Below the pieces are notes generated by a model. The model was not told where the DNA came from. It searched no databases and was given only the letters and a program-made list of their open reading frames with translations. This document shows positions 25,789-35,713 of a stretch of DNA of 64,000 nucleotides, piece by piece (within the stretch, counting starts at the first letter, position 1; the number at the start of each line of letters is the position of its first letter). The DNA comes from a virus: positions 1 through 64,000 of IMG/VR virus record IMGVR_UViG_3300046779_002065; one strand, 5' to 3'. A program made the position numbers and the translations under genes.

Positions 25789-26398
25789 AGCAGCAGGAAT
25801 TTCAGACAGTCTTTCACCAAACATGGAGTATATCACCAGTCATGATAACCCTTATCGTGAACAGATGCTTCAAATTATCAGTTCGATGGGACTTCTTGCT
25901 AAGTATCATCGACACACCGATAAAAAAGAACTTGTTCAAGTGTTTAACCACATGCAAACAATGTTAACTAATCGTAAAGGAGAATTTGAAAAACACGCGT
26001 CTAAAGCTCCAGAAAGGAAGTTTCCCATACAGGTCATGTATTTGCATGAGAACAGAAACCTTATTGGAAAGAACATCGGTGATCAAGCTGACTTTGATGA
26101 GTTGGTTGAAAGCTCTTTTGTCAAAGCGTACTGGGAGATTAACAGTATTGGTGCAGCCATTCGAATGTTAATTCAAGCGTCTGATCTTAATGCCAACCCT
26201 GAACAGCTTCTCGAAAACTTCAATAATTGGAACATTGAAAGCATTCTTGATCGGATAGACGACCAGGACTTTGCCAATCTTGTCCGAAACAAGAAGAAAG
26301 AATGGGAAGTCAAACTGGTAGCAGATCAAATGACTCTTAAACGCTTTACATCTGTATTTGCCAAGGAAGGAGAAGACGGTGAAGAACGACCTGATTAA
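25778..26398 (+). CDS. hypothetical protein
   Basis: 206-aa ORF. Confidence 0.7.
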   Translation: MERKAAGISDSLSPNMEYITSHDNPYREQMLQIISSMGLLAKYHRHTDKKELVQVFNHMQTMLTNRKGEFEKHASKAPERKFPIQVMYLHENRNLIGKNIGDQADFDELVESSFVKAYWEINSIGAAIRMLIQASDLNANPEQLLENFNNWNIESILDRIDDQDFANLVRNKKKEWEVKLVADQMTLKRFTSVFAKEGEDGEERPD

Positions 26399-26702
26399 GT
26401 TTAAGAATGGAAATTTAGATTTTGATGTTTTCTCTAAGTGGGACACTACCGGTGGGTATGCTGTATGGTATTTAGCAGGAAATTCCGCAAAGGGAACAGG
26501 AATATCAATCAGATTTGGAGGATCCAATACTCTTCACGTAGAAATTGTAAGTGTACCCTATTCGTGCACTTTAATAAATGATGGGTCAAAAAACACGGCA
26601 TCTACCAAAGAAGAATTTTTAGAAGCGTTAATGCGAGCAGTCTACTCTTTAAACGAAGTAGGAGCAATACTATACGATCATTTACACAAACCTTCTACAT
26701 GA
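26358..26702 (+). CDS. hypothetical protein (start uncertain)
   Basis: ORF in operon. Confidence 0.55.
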   Translation: MPRKEKTVKNDLIKFKNGNLDFDVFSKWDTTGGYAVWYLAGNSAKGTGISIRFGGSNTLHVEIVSVPYSCTLINDGSKNTASTKEEFLEALMRAVYSLNEVGAILYDHLHKPST

Positions 26703-26816
26703 TTACTCTAGTACAACTCTAAAGTTTTTACTAAAAACTCATAGTAGATTTTTTTAGATATAACGGATGTACTATTTTGTAGACGTTTTATTTAATACAC
26801 CCTCAAAATCTACACG

Positions 26817-27149
26817 ATGTCTACGAAAAAGGCAAAACCTAAATCAAAGGTTTCCAATCGCTTAGCTGACTCTAAACCTGTCAAACCACCCGCAGTAGAG
26901 GCTACTCCGTACAAAATTGAATCCGGAGTTCCCATTGAAGGTGTAAGAACAATCACCAATTTTAACAATTTTCCTTTTGAACAAATGAAAATCGGTGACA
27001 GTTTTATTATTCCTCCAGGAGACAAATTTGCTGAGAACCCTAATTCAATTCACTATGCCGCCAACAGGTATGCTAAGATGAAACCTGGATTTTGTGTCAC
27101 GACGCGACTGCAACTCAACAAGTACCGACGAGTCTGGAGAATTAAGTAA
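26817..27149 (+). CDS. basic hypothetical protein, probably DNA-binding
   Basis: KIESGVPI..FPFEQMKIGDSF..RVWR; own intergenic leader and terminator. Confidence 0.7.
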   Translation: MSTKKAKPKSKVSNRLADSKPVKPPAVEATPYKIESGVPIEGVRTITNFNNFPFEQMKIGDSFIIPPGDKFAENPNSIHYAANRYAKMKPGFCVTTRLQLNKYRRVWRIK

Positions 27150-27155
27150 TCAACG

Positions 27156-27190
27156 AAACCGGGGTGAATTAACACTCCGGTTTTTTATTT
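27156..27190 (+). terminator. intrinsic terminator
   Basis: AAACCGGGGTG..CACTCCGGTTT followed by a T-run. Confidence 0.75.
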
Positions 27191-27199
27191 CTACTAATC

Positions 27200-27433
27200 A
27201 TGAGCAAAATATTTCAAATTGAAGATGTGCAGATTATACGTGATCCGTATAATGTCATCAGAACGTATGAAGGAACCATTACTGAATTCGGTGAAGAATT
27301 TCCATTCACTATCAGCACTTTAGAGAATTCTGAAGGTTCTGGATCCAGAGAGACAATCACAGAAGTAACCTTTCCTGAAGGAGAACCTGCTAACAAACGT
27401 AGCGCAATTGCTATCATTAAAGACAATTTCTAA
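27200..27433 (+). CDS. hypothetical protein
   Basis: TAATG coupling. Confidence 0.6.
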   Translation: MSKIFQIEDVQIIRDPYNVIRTYEGTITEFGEEFPFTISTLENSEGSGSRETITEVTFPEGEPANKRSAIAIIKDNF

Positions 27434-27810
27434 TGGCAACACCTTATCACCACGCAGTATCATCTGCAAAGAAACACGGAGGTACCTGGGATCAATACAT
27501 CGATATCCACAACTGGTTCGATGAAACCAAAGCCTGGGTAGGTGACATCCGTCACCGTGCATTCCGTCACCACTCGGAGGGAATCTTTGAGTGCGAACAA
27601 AAATTTGGGGTAGTTACCCCCATCATCCTGGAAAGTGGACTCACAAAGAATGTTCCCACCAGGGTCATTGCAGAACAGCATGTCCAGGAGGACTGTGGAT
27701 TTATCCCGTCTGCCAAGGAGTACTTTGACAATTTTAAACCTACCAAGTGGATGCTTAAAGTAGGTAGAACGTTACACAACATTGATAACGAAGAAGATGG
27801 AACCAGATGA
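27433..27810 (+). CDS. DUF6915-like protein
   Basis: PYHHAVSSAKK.GG..IHNWFD..HRA.RHHSEGIF..EQHV.EDCG.IP. Confidence 0.7.
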   Translation: MATPYHHAVSSAKKHGGTWDQYIDIHNWFDETKAWVGDIRHRAFRHHSEGIFECEQKFGVVTPIILESGLTKNVPTRVIAEQHVQEDCGFIPSAKEYFDNFKPTKWMLKVGRTLHNIDNEEDGTR

Positions 27811-28690
27811 AAAAACAACATATCCTTTTACCCCTAGTGAAGTGTTTTCTAAATACGCAGCAATGGGTGAAGCTGTGCATGCCGAAATGATGGGAACAGC
27901 GTTGACAAACGAACCTTCCATTAACATAGAACCCGGTGAAATCAAGTTTCCTTACAAGGAAACCGACGACGTTGAAATCACCGCGCAACTTGTTATTGAC
28001 TATTACAGTGCCTTACATCTTGCTGGTAACAAGCTGCAATTGGAATGGAATGGTGGTGGTGATAGTGGATCGGTATGGTTAAACCTTAACGGTAAACAAC
28101 TTGAGATTGGTTGGAGTGATGACACAGAGCTTCTTCTTTACAACAGAATCCACGCATGGGTCATCAACAAGATGTACAATGATCTGGATTATGGTAGCTG
28201 GGCAGGAGAGTATTCTGCAAACGGAACAGCTGACTTTGTAATTCAAGAAGGTTTTATAGGATTTGCAGGAATCGACTATTACACTGAAGAAGAAGGATAC
28301 TTAGAAAAGTTGGATTCCCCCTACACAGCACATATTCCTAGTGAGTACGTTCCTAAAAACATTGATAGAATAATTGTAGACGTAACTGGAGGGTATGATG
28401 GAGATGATCCGAATGTACAAATTCATTTTAAAGAAACAGGATTGTATCTAAGTAAAAACGAAGAATTACCAGAAAATGTGTTACAATTCATTGCTGATCT
28501 TGAGAAAAAAATGTCTACATATTTTGGAGAATTACTAGAGAAATACAGTGGTTCTAACGTGTATTTTGACGAAACTTTTTATATTACAGATCGTACTAAA
28601 GAAGTCGAGTTATTATTTACTGACTTTAACTTTTATAAGACAAATGAAGTAGAAACACGCAAAGTAATTAACTTGATTAACTGGGTATAA
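27797..28690 (+). CDS. DUF6878-like acidic protein
   Basis: WNGGGDSG..GSWAGE..G motif, directly downstream of the DUF6915-like gene. Confidence 0.6.
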   Translation: MEPDEKTTYPFTPSEVFSKYAAMGEAVHAEMMGTALTNEPSINIEPGEIKFPYKETDDVEITAQLVIDYYSALHLAGNKLQLEWNGGGDSGSVWLNLNGKQLEIGWSDDTELLLYNRIHAWVINKMYNDLDYGSWAGEYSANGTADFVIQEGFIGFAGIDYYTEEEGYLEKLDSPYTAHIPSEYVPKNIDRIIVDVTGGYDGDDPNVQIHFKETGLYLSKNEELPENVLQFIADLEKKMSTYFGELLEKYSGSNVYFDETFYITDRTKEVELLFTDFNFYKTNEVETRKVINLINWV

Positions 28691-28777
28691 ATTACCTGAG
28701 ACAGCTGAGACAGTAAATTCAACCAGAGACAGAACCTTTTAAGAACGAGAAAACCCACTGTGGTAGTGGGTCTTACT

Positions 28778-28835
28778 TTGTTGCGAAGCCAGGGATCGAA
28801 CCTGGGACCTTCGGGTTATGAGTTCAGATTCATAA
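28778..28835 (-). mobile_element. attP-like site: 3' half of a tRNA-Met(CAT)
   Basis: Minus strand reads CTCATAACCCGAAGGTCCCAGGTTCGATCCCTGGCTTCGCAACAA with no 5' half; TTATGA-N8-TCATAA dyad at the junction; about 70 bp from the integrase. Confidence 0.85.
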
Positions 28836-28907
28836 ACGTCTGAAACACAGGATGAAACCGGGTTTCGCAACTTTGCAATTTTTTCAAAGAGACAAAAACA
28901 TGTAAAA

Positions 28908-30032
28908 ATGTTCACCAAACCAGAGGTTTACAACCCCACTGAAATGACCCACCGAGGGTTCGTTTCTTTCTATCACAACAATCAACGTAAACGTTACTAC
29001 GATGGTTCCCAAGTCGGACTTGAATGCGCACCTGCTGCATGTACAACTCATAGACAGCGACAGCAAGAATTGGAGAGGTTGCAATACCATATCCACAAGC
29101 TGTTGCTGTCAGGTTGGGAACCCGTTTCTGGTGACGCCATTACAAGGAGTCGATTGATTACGGATCTCCAGGAGGAGAAGCTCAAATCAATCTACCCCAA
29201 ACATCTTTCCGAACGACACAAGAAAGATTTCAAGTATGCTGCCCGCAAATTTCGTACGTACCTGGTTGCTCAAAACCTGGGACATATACGAACCAGCAGT
29301 GTGACTCAAGACCTGATCCAGGGTTACCTGGATACTATCACCTCTTCTGCCAGTTACTATATGATTGTTCGCAATCGTATCAGTGGTTTATTCTCATTGT
29401 TTATGCAAGAGAAGAAAATAAGTTACAATCCTGTAAAGGGAACCAAGACCCGTACAAAGGTCACCAAACGCAATCGTGCGTTTACAGAACAACAATTTAA
29501 ACAGGTGCTGGAGCACTTAAAAAACAACAATGAGAAGTTATACCTCTGTGCATTATTGATGTACGGATGTTTCCTTCGCCCGCATGAAGAGATACGCAAT
29601 TTAAAACGCGATCACTTTAACGAGCAGTTAACTATGATTTCAATGGACGGTGACGAAGTAAAAAGTCGTCGTCTTCGAGTGGTACCCGTACCCTCTTATA
29701 TTCGTGAAGAATTGTGTAGACAAAACATAAACAACCTTCCGGCAACACACAGCATATTTACCAAACGACTTAAAGTTCCAAAGAGCGAAGAGTACTTTGG
29801 AACTATATGGAAAAGAGTCAAGCGTAAGCTCTTGAAAGACAATGTTATCACAGAAAACCACACCCTGTATAGCATACGTCACACGGCAGCTGTATCGTTG
29901 TTTAGACGTACCCAGGATCTATCAAAACTCTCACAATTGATGGGACACGCTGATGTCAATGTGACACTTGTATATTTAAAGTCTCTAGGAGTTCTCTTAA
30001 ATATATCAGAAAATGACTTACCTACACTTTAA
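28908..30032 (+). CDS. int: tyrosine recombinase / integrase
   Basis: Catalytic residues: FLRPHEE, VKS, YSIRHT, LMGHA, TLVY. Confidence 0.92.
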   Translation: MFTKPEVYNPTEMTHRGFVSFYHNNQRKRYYDGSQVGLECAPAACTTHRQRQQELERLQYHIHKLLLSGWEPVSGDAITRSRLITDLQEEKLKSIYPKHLSERHKKDFKYAARKFRTYLVAQNLGHIRTSSVTQDLIQGYLDTITSSASYYMIVRNRISGLFSLFMQEKKISYNPVKGTKTRTKVTKRNRAFTEQQFKQVLEHLKNNNEKLYLCALLMYGCFLRPHEEIRNLKRDHFNEQLTMISMDGDEVKSRRLRVVPVPSYIREELCRQNINNLPATHSIFTKRLKVPKSEEYFGTIWKRVKRKLLKDNVITENHTLYSIRHTAAVSLFRRTQDLSKLSQLMGHADVNVTLVYLKSLGVLLNISENDLPTL

Positions 30033-30189
30033 AAGATTATATTGCTGAACTATAGATGATTGTCTATAGTCAATATATATAAACCTGACTAACAAACAAG
30101 ATAATTTCTACAATGCACTAATTACTTATTGAGAAAAAAACATATTTTGGTACAAACAATACATTAACAAAATATCAAATCCGCTAATA

Positions 30190-30537
30190 ATGCATCAAAA
30201 ACGCCTGACACCAGAGGAAAAAGAACGATTGCAGGCTATGGTTTTACAAGGTGTAGCACCTGAAGACATCAGCAACTTTTTCGGTATAGCAATTTCCAGC
30301 GTTCACAACTTTAAAAAGAAGATGAAAGACGAAGGTATTGTATTAGCAAACCTTCGCGGACGTCGTCCTGTAGGAGTTGACGCTCTTGCTGCCAGCAATG
30401 TACCCATGACTCCTCCTTCTGCTCCCCGATCTGGTGATTCAAAATTTGTCACACTTAGTATAAAAGGGGTGACTATTCAAATTGCAAAATCCACTGCTAA
30501 TTTCTCCATAGACGGAGATATCATTACAATATATTAG
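30190..30537 (+). CDS. helix-turn-helix protein (candidate repressor or excisionase)
   Basis: LTPEEKERL..GVAPEDISNFFGIAISSVHN; stand-alone unit next to the integrase. Confidence 0.7.
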   Translation: MHQKRLTPEEKERLQAMVLQGVAPEDISNFFGIAISSVHNFKKKMKDEGIVLANLRGRRPVGVDALAASNVPMTPPSAPRSGDSKFVTLSIKGVTIQIAKSTANFSIDGDIITIY

Positions 30538-30563
30538 TCTCTGACTAATGCTTAAATGTGTGT

Positions 30564-30596
30564 AACCGGTCGTGTAACAGCGATCGGTTTTTTTTA
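30564..30596 (+). terminator. intrinsic terminator
   Basis: AACCGGTCG..CGATCGGTT followed by a T-run. Confidence 0.75.
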
Positions 30597-30630
30597 TTCC
30601 AAAAATCTTTAGCGATATAGTGTTACAATT

Positions 30631-30658
30631 TGTAGACCTTTTGTATATTTGTTCTACA
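30631..30658 (+). promoter_or_regulatory. Bacteroidota-type -7 promoter box flanked by TGTAGA/TCTACA
   Basis: TGTAGA-ccttttgTATATTTGt-TCTACA. Confidence 0.55.
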
Positions 30659-30687
30659 AAATTTGGTAATTTGCATCATTAAATATA

Positions 30688-30954
30688 ATGATAGTCAGTT
30701 TACCGAACGGTAAGTGCATCGAAGTTTCCGTGGAAACGTACCTGCGAATGACAGATGAAGACTTTGAATATCTCCTCGCTATCAACTGGGGTGAACATTT
30801 TGAAGATCCATTTCACTCTTCGGTACTTTCTTTAGGTGAACAACGCGTTCTCACAGATGATGACCTTGAAGAATTAGGTGTAGAAGATGTCTCTGAACTG
30901 GAGGAAATCGACCCTACTGACGAAGAAATCGACTTGTTTGACGGGGAAGATTAA
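30688..30954 (+). CDS. acidic hypothetical protein
   Basis: 88-aa ORF with D/E-rich tail. Confidence 0.7.
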   Translation: MIVSLPNGKCIEVSVETYLRMTDEDFEYLLAINWGEHFEDPFHSSVLSLGEQRVLTDDDLEELGVEDVSELEEIDPTDEEIDLFDGED

Positions 30955-31007
30955 CACTTACCACAAAATTTAAGATCCAATATGACAGGTTTAAAGACCT
31001 GCTGACT

Positions 31008-31427
31008 ATGCTTGCTAAACCAAAACTCTGTACCCATTGCAATCAGGAAAAACCTATCTGGAAAAACCAGCAGGGTAAACGCTATTGCAGACAATGCTGG
31101 AGCTTGATCAAGCCTGCCAGTAAAACTCCTTTGACCAAACGCACTCCGCTGAAGCAAGTCTCTGACAAGCAGAGCAAGTTAAATCTTGTGTATTCCATTG
31201 CACGGAAAGAATTTCTTTCCCGTCCTGGACATAAGTGCTGTCGTGCTAAACTGGTTCCTGAGTGTACAGGTTGTTCCCAAGAACTAACCATACACCATTC
31301 GAAGGGTCGTGGAAAGTATCTCTTAGATACAACGACCTGGGTTCCCATCTGCATTCATTGTCACATGTATGTAGAAACACATCCTGAAGAAGCAAAAGCT
31401 TTAGGCTACACTGACACTCGTATTTAA
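31008..31427 (+). CDS. Zn-finger HNH-like endonuclease
   Basis: CTHC..CRQC, then TIHH.KGR..W..ICIHCH..E.HP. Confidence 0.7.
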   Translation: MLAKPKLCTHCNQEKPIWKNQQGKRYCRQCWSLIKPASKTPLTKRTPLKQVSDKQSKLNLVYSIARKEFLSRPGHKCCRAKLVPECTGCSQELTIHHSKGRGKYLLDTTTWVPICIHCHMYVETHPEEAKALGYTDTRI

Positions 31428-31428
31428 C

Positions 31429-31830
31429 ATGGAAGCTAAAACCGTATCCTTTGATTTTGACAAAACGCTCTCACGTCCTGAAGTACAGCAATACGCAGCA
31501 GAACTAATTGAACGTGGATATAATGTCCATGTAGTAACTGCACGCTATGATGAACTTCTCAAACACAAATGGGAAGCATCACCTCACAATGAAGATTTGT
31601 GGGAAGTAGTTGACAACCTGGGAATCCCCCATCGCCGTGTTCATTTTATGAACATGGAAATGAAATCTACTCTCTTCAAGCATGCACCACATGTACTGTG
31701 GCATCTTGATGATGACTTTGTAGAATTACACTTTATTGAAAGAGACACAAATGTTCCAGGAGTTAACTCGTTAAGTCCAGACTGGAAAAAAATGTGTGAA
31801 CAAATTTTGAATCAACCTAAAACAACTTAA
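31429..31830 (+). CDS. HAD-superfamily hydrolase
   Basis: FDFDKTL, VVTAR, HLDDD. Confidence 0.75.
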   Translation: MEAKTVSFDFDKTLSRPEVQQYAAELIERGYNVHVVTARYDELLKHKWEASPHNEDLWEVVDNLGIPHRRVHFMNMEMKSTLFKHAPHVLWHLDDDFVELHFIERDTNVPGVNSLSPDWKKMCEQILNQPKTT

Positions 31831-31835
31831 ATTAA

Positions 31836-32045
31836 ATGACCTACTTAGGATTTTATGAAATGGAGGTGACAAATGTCTTTGGTAAAACAGACATTCTTAC
31901 TATTCGCCTTACCAAGAAACCATCACTTATTCAACGCTTTATTGCCAGCACATTCCTTGGTATGAAGTGGTATGACAAAATTGTCGAAATGCACCCTTCA
32001 GAACGAGCGCAACGCGTGAAAAGCGCGCGCAAACCAAAGGTGTAA
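31836..32045 (+). CDS. hypothetical protein
   Basis: 69-aa ORF in operon. Confidence 0.55.
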   Translation: MTYLGFYEMEVTNVFGKTDILTIRLTKKPSLIQRFIASTFLGMKWYDKIVEMHPSERAQRVKSARKPKV

Positions 32046-32060
32046 AAGAAAACTGAGCGC

Positions 32061-33182
32061 ATGGAAACTGGATTAAAACCCGACGTTCGGGAAAGAGTAC
32101 AACAAGAAGCATTGGATGCAGTTGCTGCTCGAAGACGAGCGGGACTTAACATCTCCATGGGTGTCGGTAAAACTCTTATCGGACTTAAACACATGAAACA
32201 GCACTTGGACCACAATCCAGGTGCTCAGTTTTTAGTGGTAGCTCCAAAGGTTTCTATCTACAACTCCTGGAAAGACGACGCAGTCAAATTCGGTTTATCC
32301 GAACTACTGGACTGTATTACATTTACCACGTATCGTTCCCTGGAAAAACAACACCAGAATTATGATGTCGTGTATCTTGACGAATGTCACAGCTTATTGT
32401 ATTCCCACCAGCTGTGGTTACAAACTTTTCCCGGCAGGACGTTAGGTCTTACCGGTACTGCTCCCCGTCACTCCAATAGTGAAAAAGGCGAGATGGTGGA
32501 TATGTATTGTCCAATCATGTACAATTACATTACCAACAACGCTGTAGATGAGGGAGTACTGAATGATTACAAAATCATCATTCATACCATGGAGCTTTCT
32601 AAAAAGAAGAACGTCAACATTTCTACCAAGACTGGTAAAAGCTGGATGACTTCAGAGCGTGAACAGTATGACTACTGGGATCGTAAGATTGCCAATGGAG
32701 GTTCATTCCAGGAGATGCAACACGCAAGGATTATGCGTATGCGCGTCCTCATGGATTTCAAGACCAAAGAAACCTACGCTAAAAATCTGATTGATCATAT
32801 CAACAACAAGTGTATCATTTTTGCTAACACCCAGGAACAGGCAGACAGACTCTGTCTCTATTCTTACCACAGCAACAATCCACTCAGTGAAAACAACCTG
32901 GAAGCGTTTAAGTCCGGGATGATCAAACAGCTTTCCTGTGTACAGCAACTCAATGAAGGTGTCAATATTCCCAATCTCAAGAGCGGGGTTATTATGCACT
33001 CTTACAGCAATGAACGCAAAGCAAACCAGCGTATCGGTCGACTGCTTCGTTTAAACCCCGATGACACCGCTACCATTCACATTTTAATGTACAGTGGTAC
33101 CGTCGATGAACATTGGGTTATGCAAGCATTGGGGGAACTGGATCCAGCAAAGATTCTTTTTAGTGACCCTATCGAATTCTAA
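32061..33182 (+). CDS. superfamily 2 helicase
   Basis: MGVGKT, DECH, GLTGT, EGVNIP, QRIGRLLR. Confidence 0.9.
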   Translation: METGLKPDVRERVQQEALDAVAARRRAGLNISMGVGKTLIGLKHMKQHLDHNPGAQFLVVAPKVSIYNSWKDDAVKFGLSELLDCITFTTYRSLEKQHQNYDVVYLDECHSLLYSHQLWLQTFPGRTLGLTGTAPRHSNSEKGEMVDMYCPIMYNYITNNAVDEGVLNDYKIIIHTMELSKKKNVNISTKTGKSWMTSEREQYDYWDRKIANGGSFQEMQHARIMRMRVLMDFKTKETYAKNLIDHINNKCIIFANTQEQADRLCLYSYHSNNPLSENNLEAFKSGMIKQLSCVQQLNEGVNIPNLKSGVIMHSYSNERKANQRIGRLLRLNPDDTATIHILMYSGTVDEHWVMQALGELDPAKILFSDPIEF

Positions 33183-33183
33183 T

Positions 33184-33573
33184 ATGTATTCAATCATCAA
33201 ACGAAAGATGGTGAACGGCAAGCTTGAATTTGCAACCGCTGCAGATCAGGTTCGTTATCAGCGTTTCCTTGCTACTTTAAAAGACGGGGACATTGTCGAA
33301 GAATTCACCGAAGTCTGTGGTAACAATGCCACAGTAGCACAAATTGCACGGATACACGCTATGCTGCGTGAACTCAGTGCATACACCGGTCATGGATTTG
33401 AAGAACTCAAGTCAATGGTCAAAGAACGTACCGGTCTGGTCGTTCACAAAATCGAAGACGAAAAAGAAATCTACGAGTTGAAATCGTTTGCTTACTGCTC
33501 AAGACAAGAACTCTCCCAAGCTATCGATGCGTGCATCCACCTGGGAGAGTTATTTAATTGTCAATTAGCCTGA
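33184..33573 (+). CDS. NinB/Orf-like recombination protein
   Basis: T..Q..RIHAMLREL..TGH..EELK pattern; ATG at 33184. Confidence 0.5.
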   Translation: MYSIIKRKMVNGKLEFATAADQVRYQRFLATLKDGDIVEEFTEVCGNNATVAQIARIHAMLRELSAYTGHGFEELKSMVKERTGLVVHKIEDEKEIYELKSFAYCSRQELSQAIDACIHLGELFNCQLA

Positions 33574-33875
33574 CTTTGAAATTCACTCAGAACTTCAGTT
33601 AAAGGTACAGTTACGGTGAGGTTTTTCTCTCTTGCAATTTTATCCAATGCCTGACACAAAGATAACAGGGTGTCGTAGTGAAAATGCCATGACGCTGCGT
33701 CAACGTTATTTCCATTTATCGCATCCTGTAATGCTTTGATTTCCTCTTCGGATTTGTCTTGTACCATAAAGGCAAGCATCTTCTGCAATCGACCATAAAA
33801 ACCAGCACCAATTTCTACTGGAATGACCGCATCCTTGCGAATCATTTCCACGGTTTGGGGTTGGGTACTTTCCAT
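33561..33875 (-). CDS. hypothetical protein (isolated minus-strand gene)
   Basis: 104-aa ATG ORF exactly filling the gap between + strand genes. Confidence 0.65.
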   Translation of the reverse strand: MESTQPQTVEMIRKDAVIPVEIGAGFYGRLQKMLAFMVQDKSEEEIKALQDAINGNNVDAASWHFHYDTLLSLCQALDKIAREKNLTVTVPLTEVLSEFQSQAN

Positions 33876-33914
33876 AAGTGAAAATTGGACGCTCGAATTT
33901 AATGCAAAAATCTA

Positions 33915-34658
33915 ATGACAAACACATTATCTACAGAAATTCTACAAAAAACCGATGAAATAATTCTAAAACTCCAGGAGCGATTGAAACCTACGGGTTG
34001 GTATCACCGTTTGGTAACCTTGCTCAATGGTCCTGAATTTAAACAAATCATCGAAACGCTTGTCGCCAGTTCTTACGACGGCAAACGTTTTACTCCAGTG
34101 ATTAAAGATCTTTTTCGCGCTTTCGAACTTACTCCGTACAACAAGCTGCGGATTGTTTTTGTTGGGCAAGATCCCTATCCACAGATTGGAGTTGCTAACG
34201 GTGTTGCTTTCTGCAATGCCAACAAACCTGACAACAAGATGGAAGCGTCGCTTCGCTACATTTCCGAAGCAGTACACCGAACGGTGTATGAATCTGAGGA
34301 ACAGACGGTTCTCTCCAATGACCTCTCCCGCTGGTGCAACCAGGGTATTTTAATGTTGAATACTGCGTTGACAACTGAGGTAGGTCAAATCGGCGTACAC
34401 CAACCACTGTGGAAGCCGTTCACACAATATGTAATCGATACGATTGCACATTCCAATTCGGGTCTTATATGGGTGTTTATGGGTAAATCAGCACAGCAAT
34501 TTGCTGACCTGGTTCCAGATAACGCTCATCATAAGCTGTTCGTTTCACATCCTGCAAGTGCTGCTTATACCAAGCAAAAGCAATGGGACTGCAAGGATAT
34601 GTTCAACCAGATAAACACTATTCTTCATGCTATGAATGGGGATAAAATAGTGTGGTAA
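33915..34658 (+). CDS. ung: uracil-DNA glycosylase, family 1
   Basis: VGQDPYP, GVAF, QGILMLNTALT, W..FT, SHPAS. Confidence 0.9.
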   Translation: MTNTLSTEILQKTDEIILKLQERLKPTGWYHRLVTLLNGPEFKQIIETLVASSYDGKRFTPVIKDLFRAFELTPYNKLRIVFVGQDPYPQIGVANGVAFCNANKPDNKMEASLRYISEAVHRTVYESEEQTVLSNDLSRWCNQGILMLNTALTTEVGQIGVHQPLWKPFTQYVIDTIAHSNSGLIWVFMGKSAQQFADLVPDNAHHKLFVSHPASAAYTKQKQWDCKDMFNQINTILHAMNGDKIVW

Positions 34659-34718
34659 ATTCTACAAAAACTTGCAAAATTCTGTAGAACTTATTAAATT
34701 TACCGTCCCAAAAAAATT

Positions 34719-35705
34719 ATGAGTGACGGTAAATCAGTTGGATCAACAACTCCCTGGAAACATATTTCTCAGGTGTATCAGGAGGGTTTGGACTACATGG
34801 TTGACCGTAAAAAGGGAACTATTAAGTCTATTGAAACTCCATGGGAACGCTTCAATGACGCAGGTATGGGTGGTATCGAGTGGAACACGATTACAGTGAT
34901 TGCAGCTCGCCCTGCCGCAGGTAAAACATTGCTGACTTCACAGATCACCCGGGAAGCACACTATCGCAATCCTACACAAGACTTTGCCGTCCTGGACTTT
35001 CAGTTCGAGATGCTTGGTCGAACTATGGCAATGCGTGAGTTCAGTGCACATCTGGGTAAGACCATGAAGCAGATTGCCAGTGCAGATAAGATGTATGGTC
35101 CCGTGTTAAACGAGGACATTGAAGCAGCTTACAAGTACTGCAAGGCAAATGAGAACCGCCAGATCTATGTTGTTGACAAACCCGTGACTGTCGAAGATTT
35201 TAAACGAACCGTACGACAGTTCTGTAAACACATTGGCAAACCTGTACTGGTCACTGTTGACCACTCAGTACTCTTCCGAAAAAATGCTTCGGAGAAAGAC
35301 AAATTCGAGATGCTTTACAATTTAGGCGAAGCACTCACCGAACTAAAGAAAGAGCTTGCAGTGACCTTCATTGTACTTTCTCAGTTGAATCGTGATGTCC
35401 AGGACAAAGACCGCTTGAAAGAGGGTACAGCTGGAAACTACTTAAAAGACACAGACATTTTTGGTGCAGACGCATTGTTACAACATGCCGACCTGGTCGT
35501 AGGACTTAATCGTCCCTACAACCTGCACTTACCTGTTTATGGTCCGGAGCAGTACATCATGACTCCTAACACGTTGGTGATGCATTTTCTCAAAGTTCGT
35601 AACGGTGACCCTCGTATTAGCTTTTTTGAAGCGCAGTTTGACAAAATGAGGATCGTTGAAACCGAACCTCCTCCTACTAAAAAATCAACGTTTTCTTCTA
35701 AGTAA
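34719..35705 (+). CDS. DnaB-like replicative helicase (C-terminal domain only)
   Basis: AARPAAGKT, FEM, VDH, LSQLNR, QHADLV, KVRNG. Confidence 0.88.
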   Translation: MSDGKSVGSTTPWKHISQVYQEGLDYMVDRKKGTIKSIETPWERFNDAGMGGIEWNTITVIAARPAAGKTLLTSQITREAHYRNPTQDFAVLDFQFEMLGRTMAMREFSAHLGKTMKQIASADKMYGPVLNEDIEAAYKYCKANENRQIYVVDKPVTVEDFKRTVRQFCKHIGKPVLVTVDHSVLFRKNASEKDKFEMLYNLGEALTELKKELAVTFIVLSQLNRDVQDKDRLKEGTAGNYLKDTDIFGADALLQHADLVVGLNRPYNLHLPVYGPEQYIMTPNTLVMHFLKVRNGDPRISFFEAQFDKMRIVETEPPPTKKSTFSSK

Positions 35706-35713
35706 GCTATTAA

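Noticed and set aside
28778-28822. Functional tRNA-Met gene
   Set aside because: Only the anticodon loop to 3' end is present; no D-arm or 5' acceptor strand
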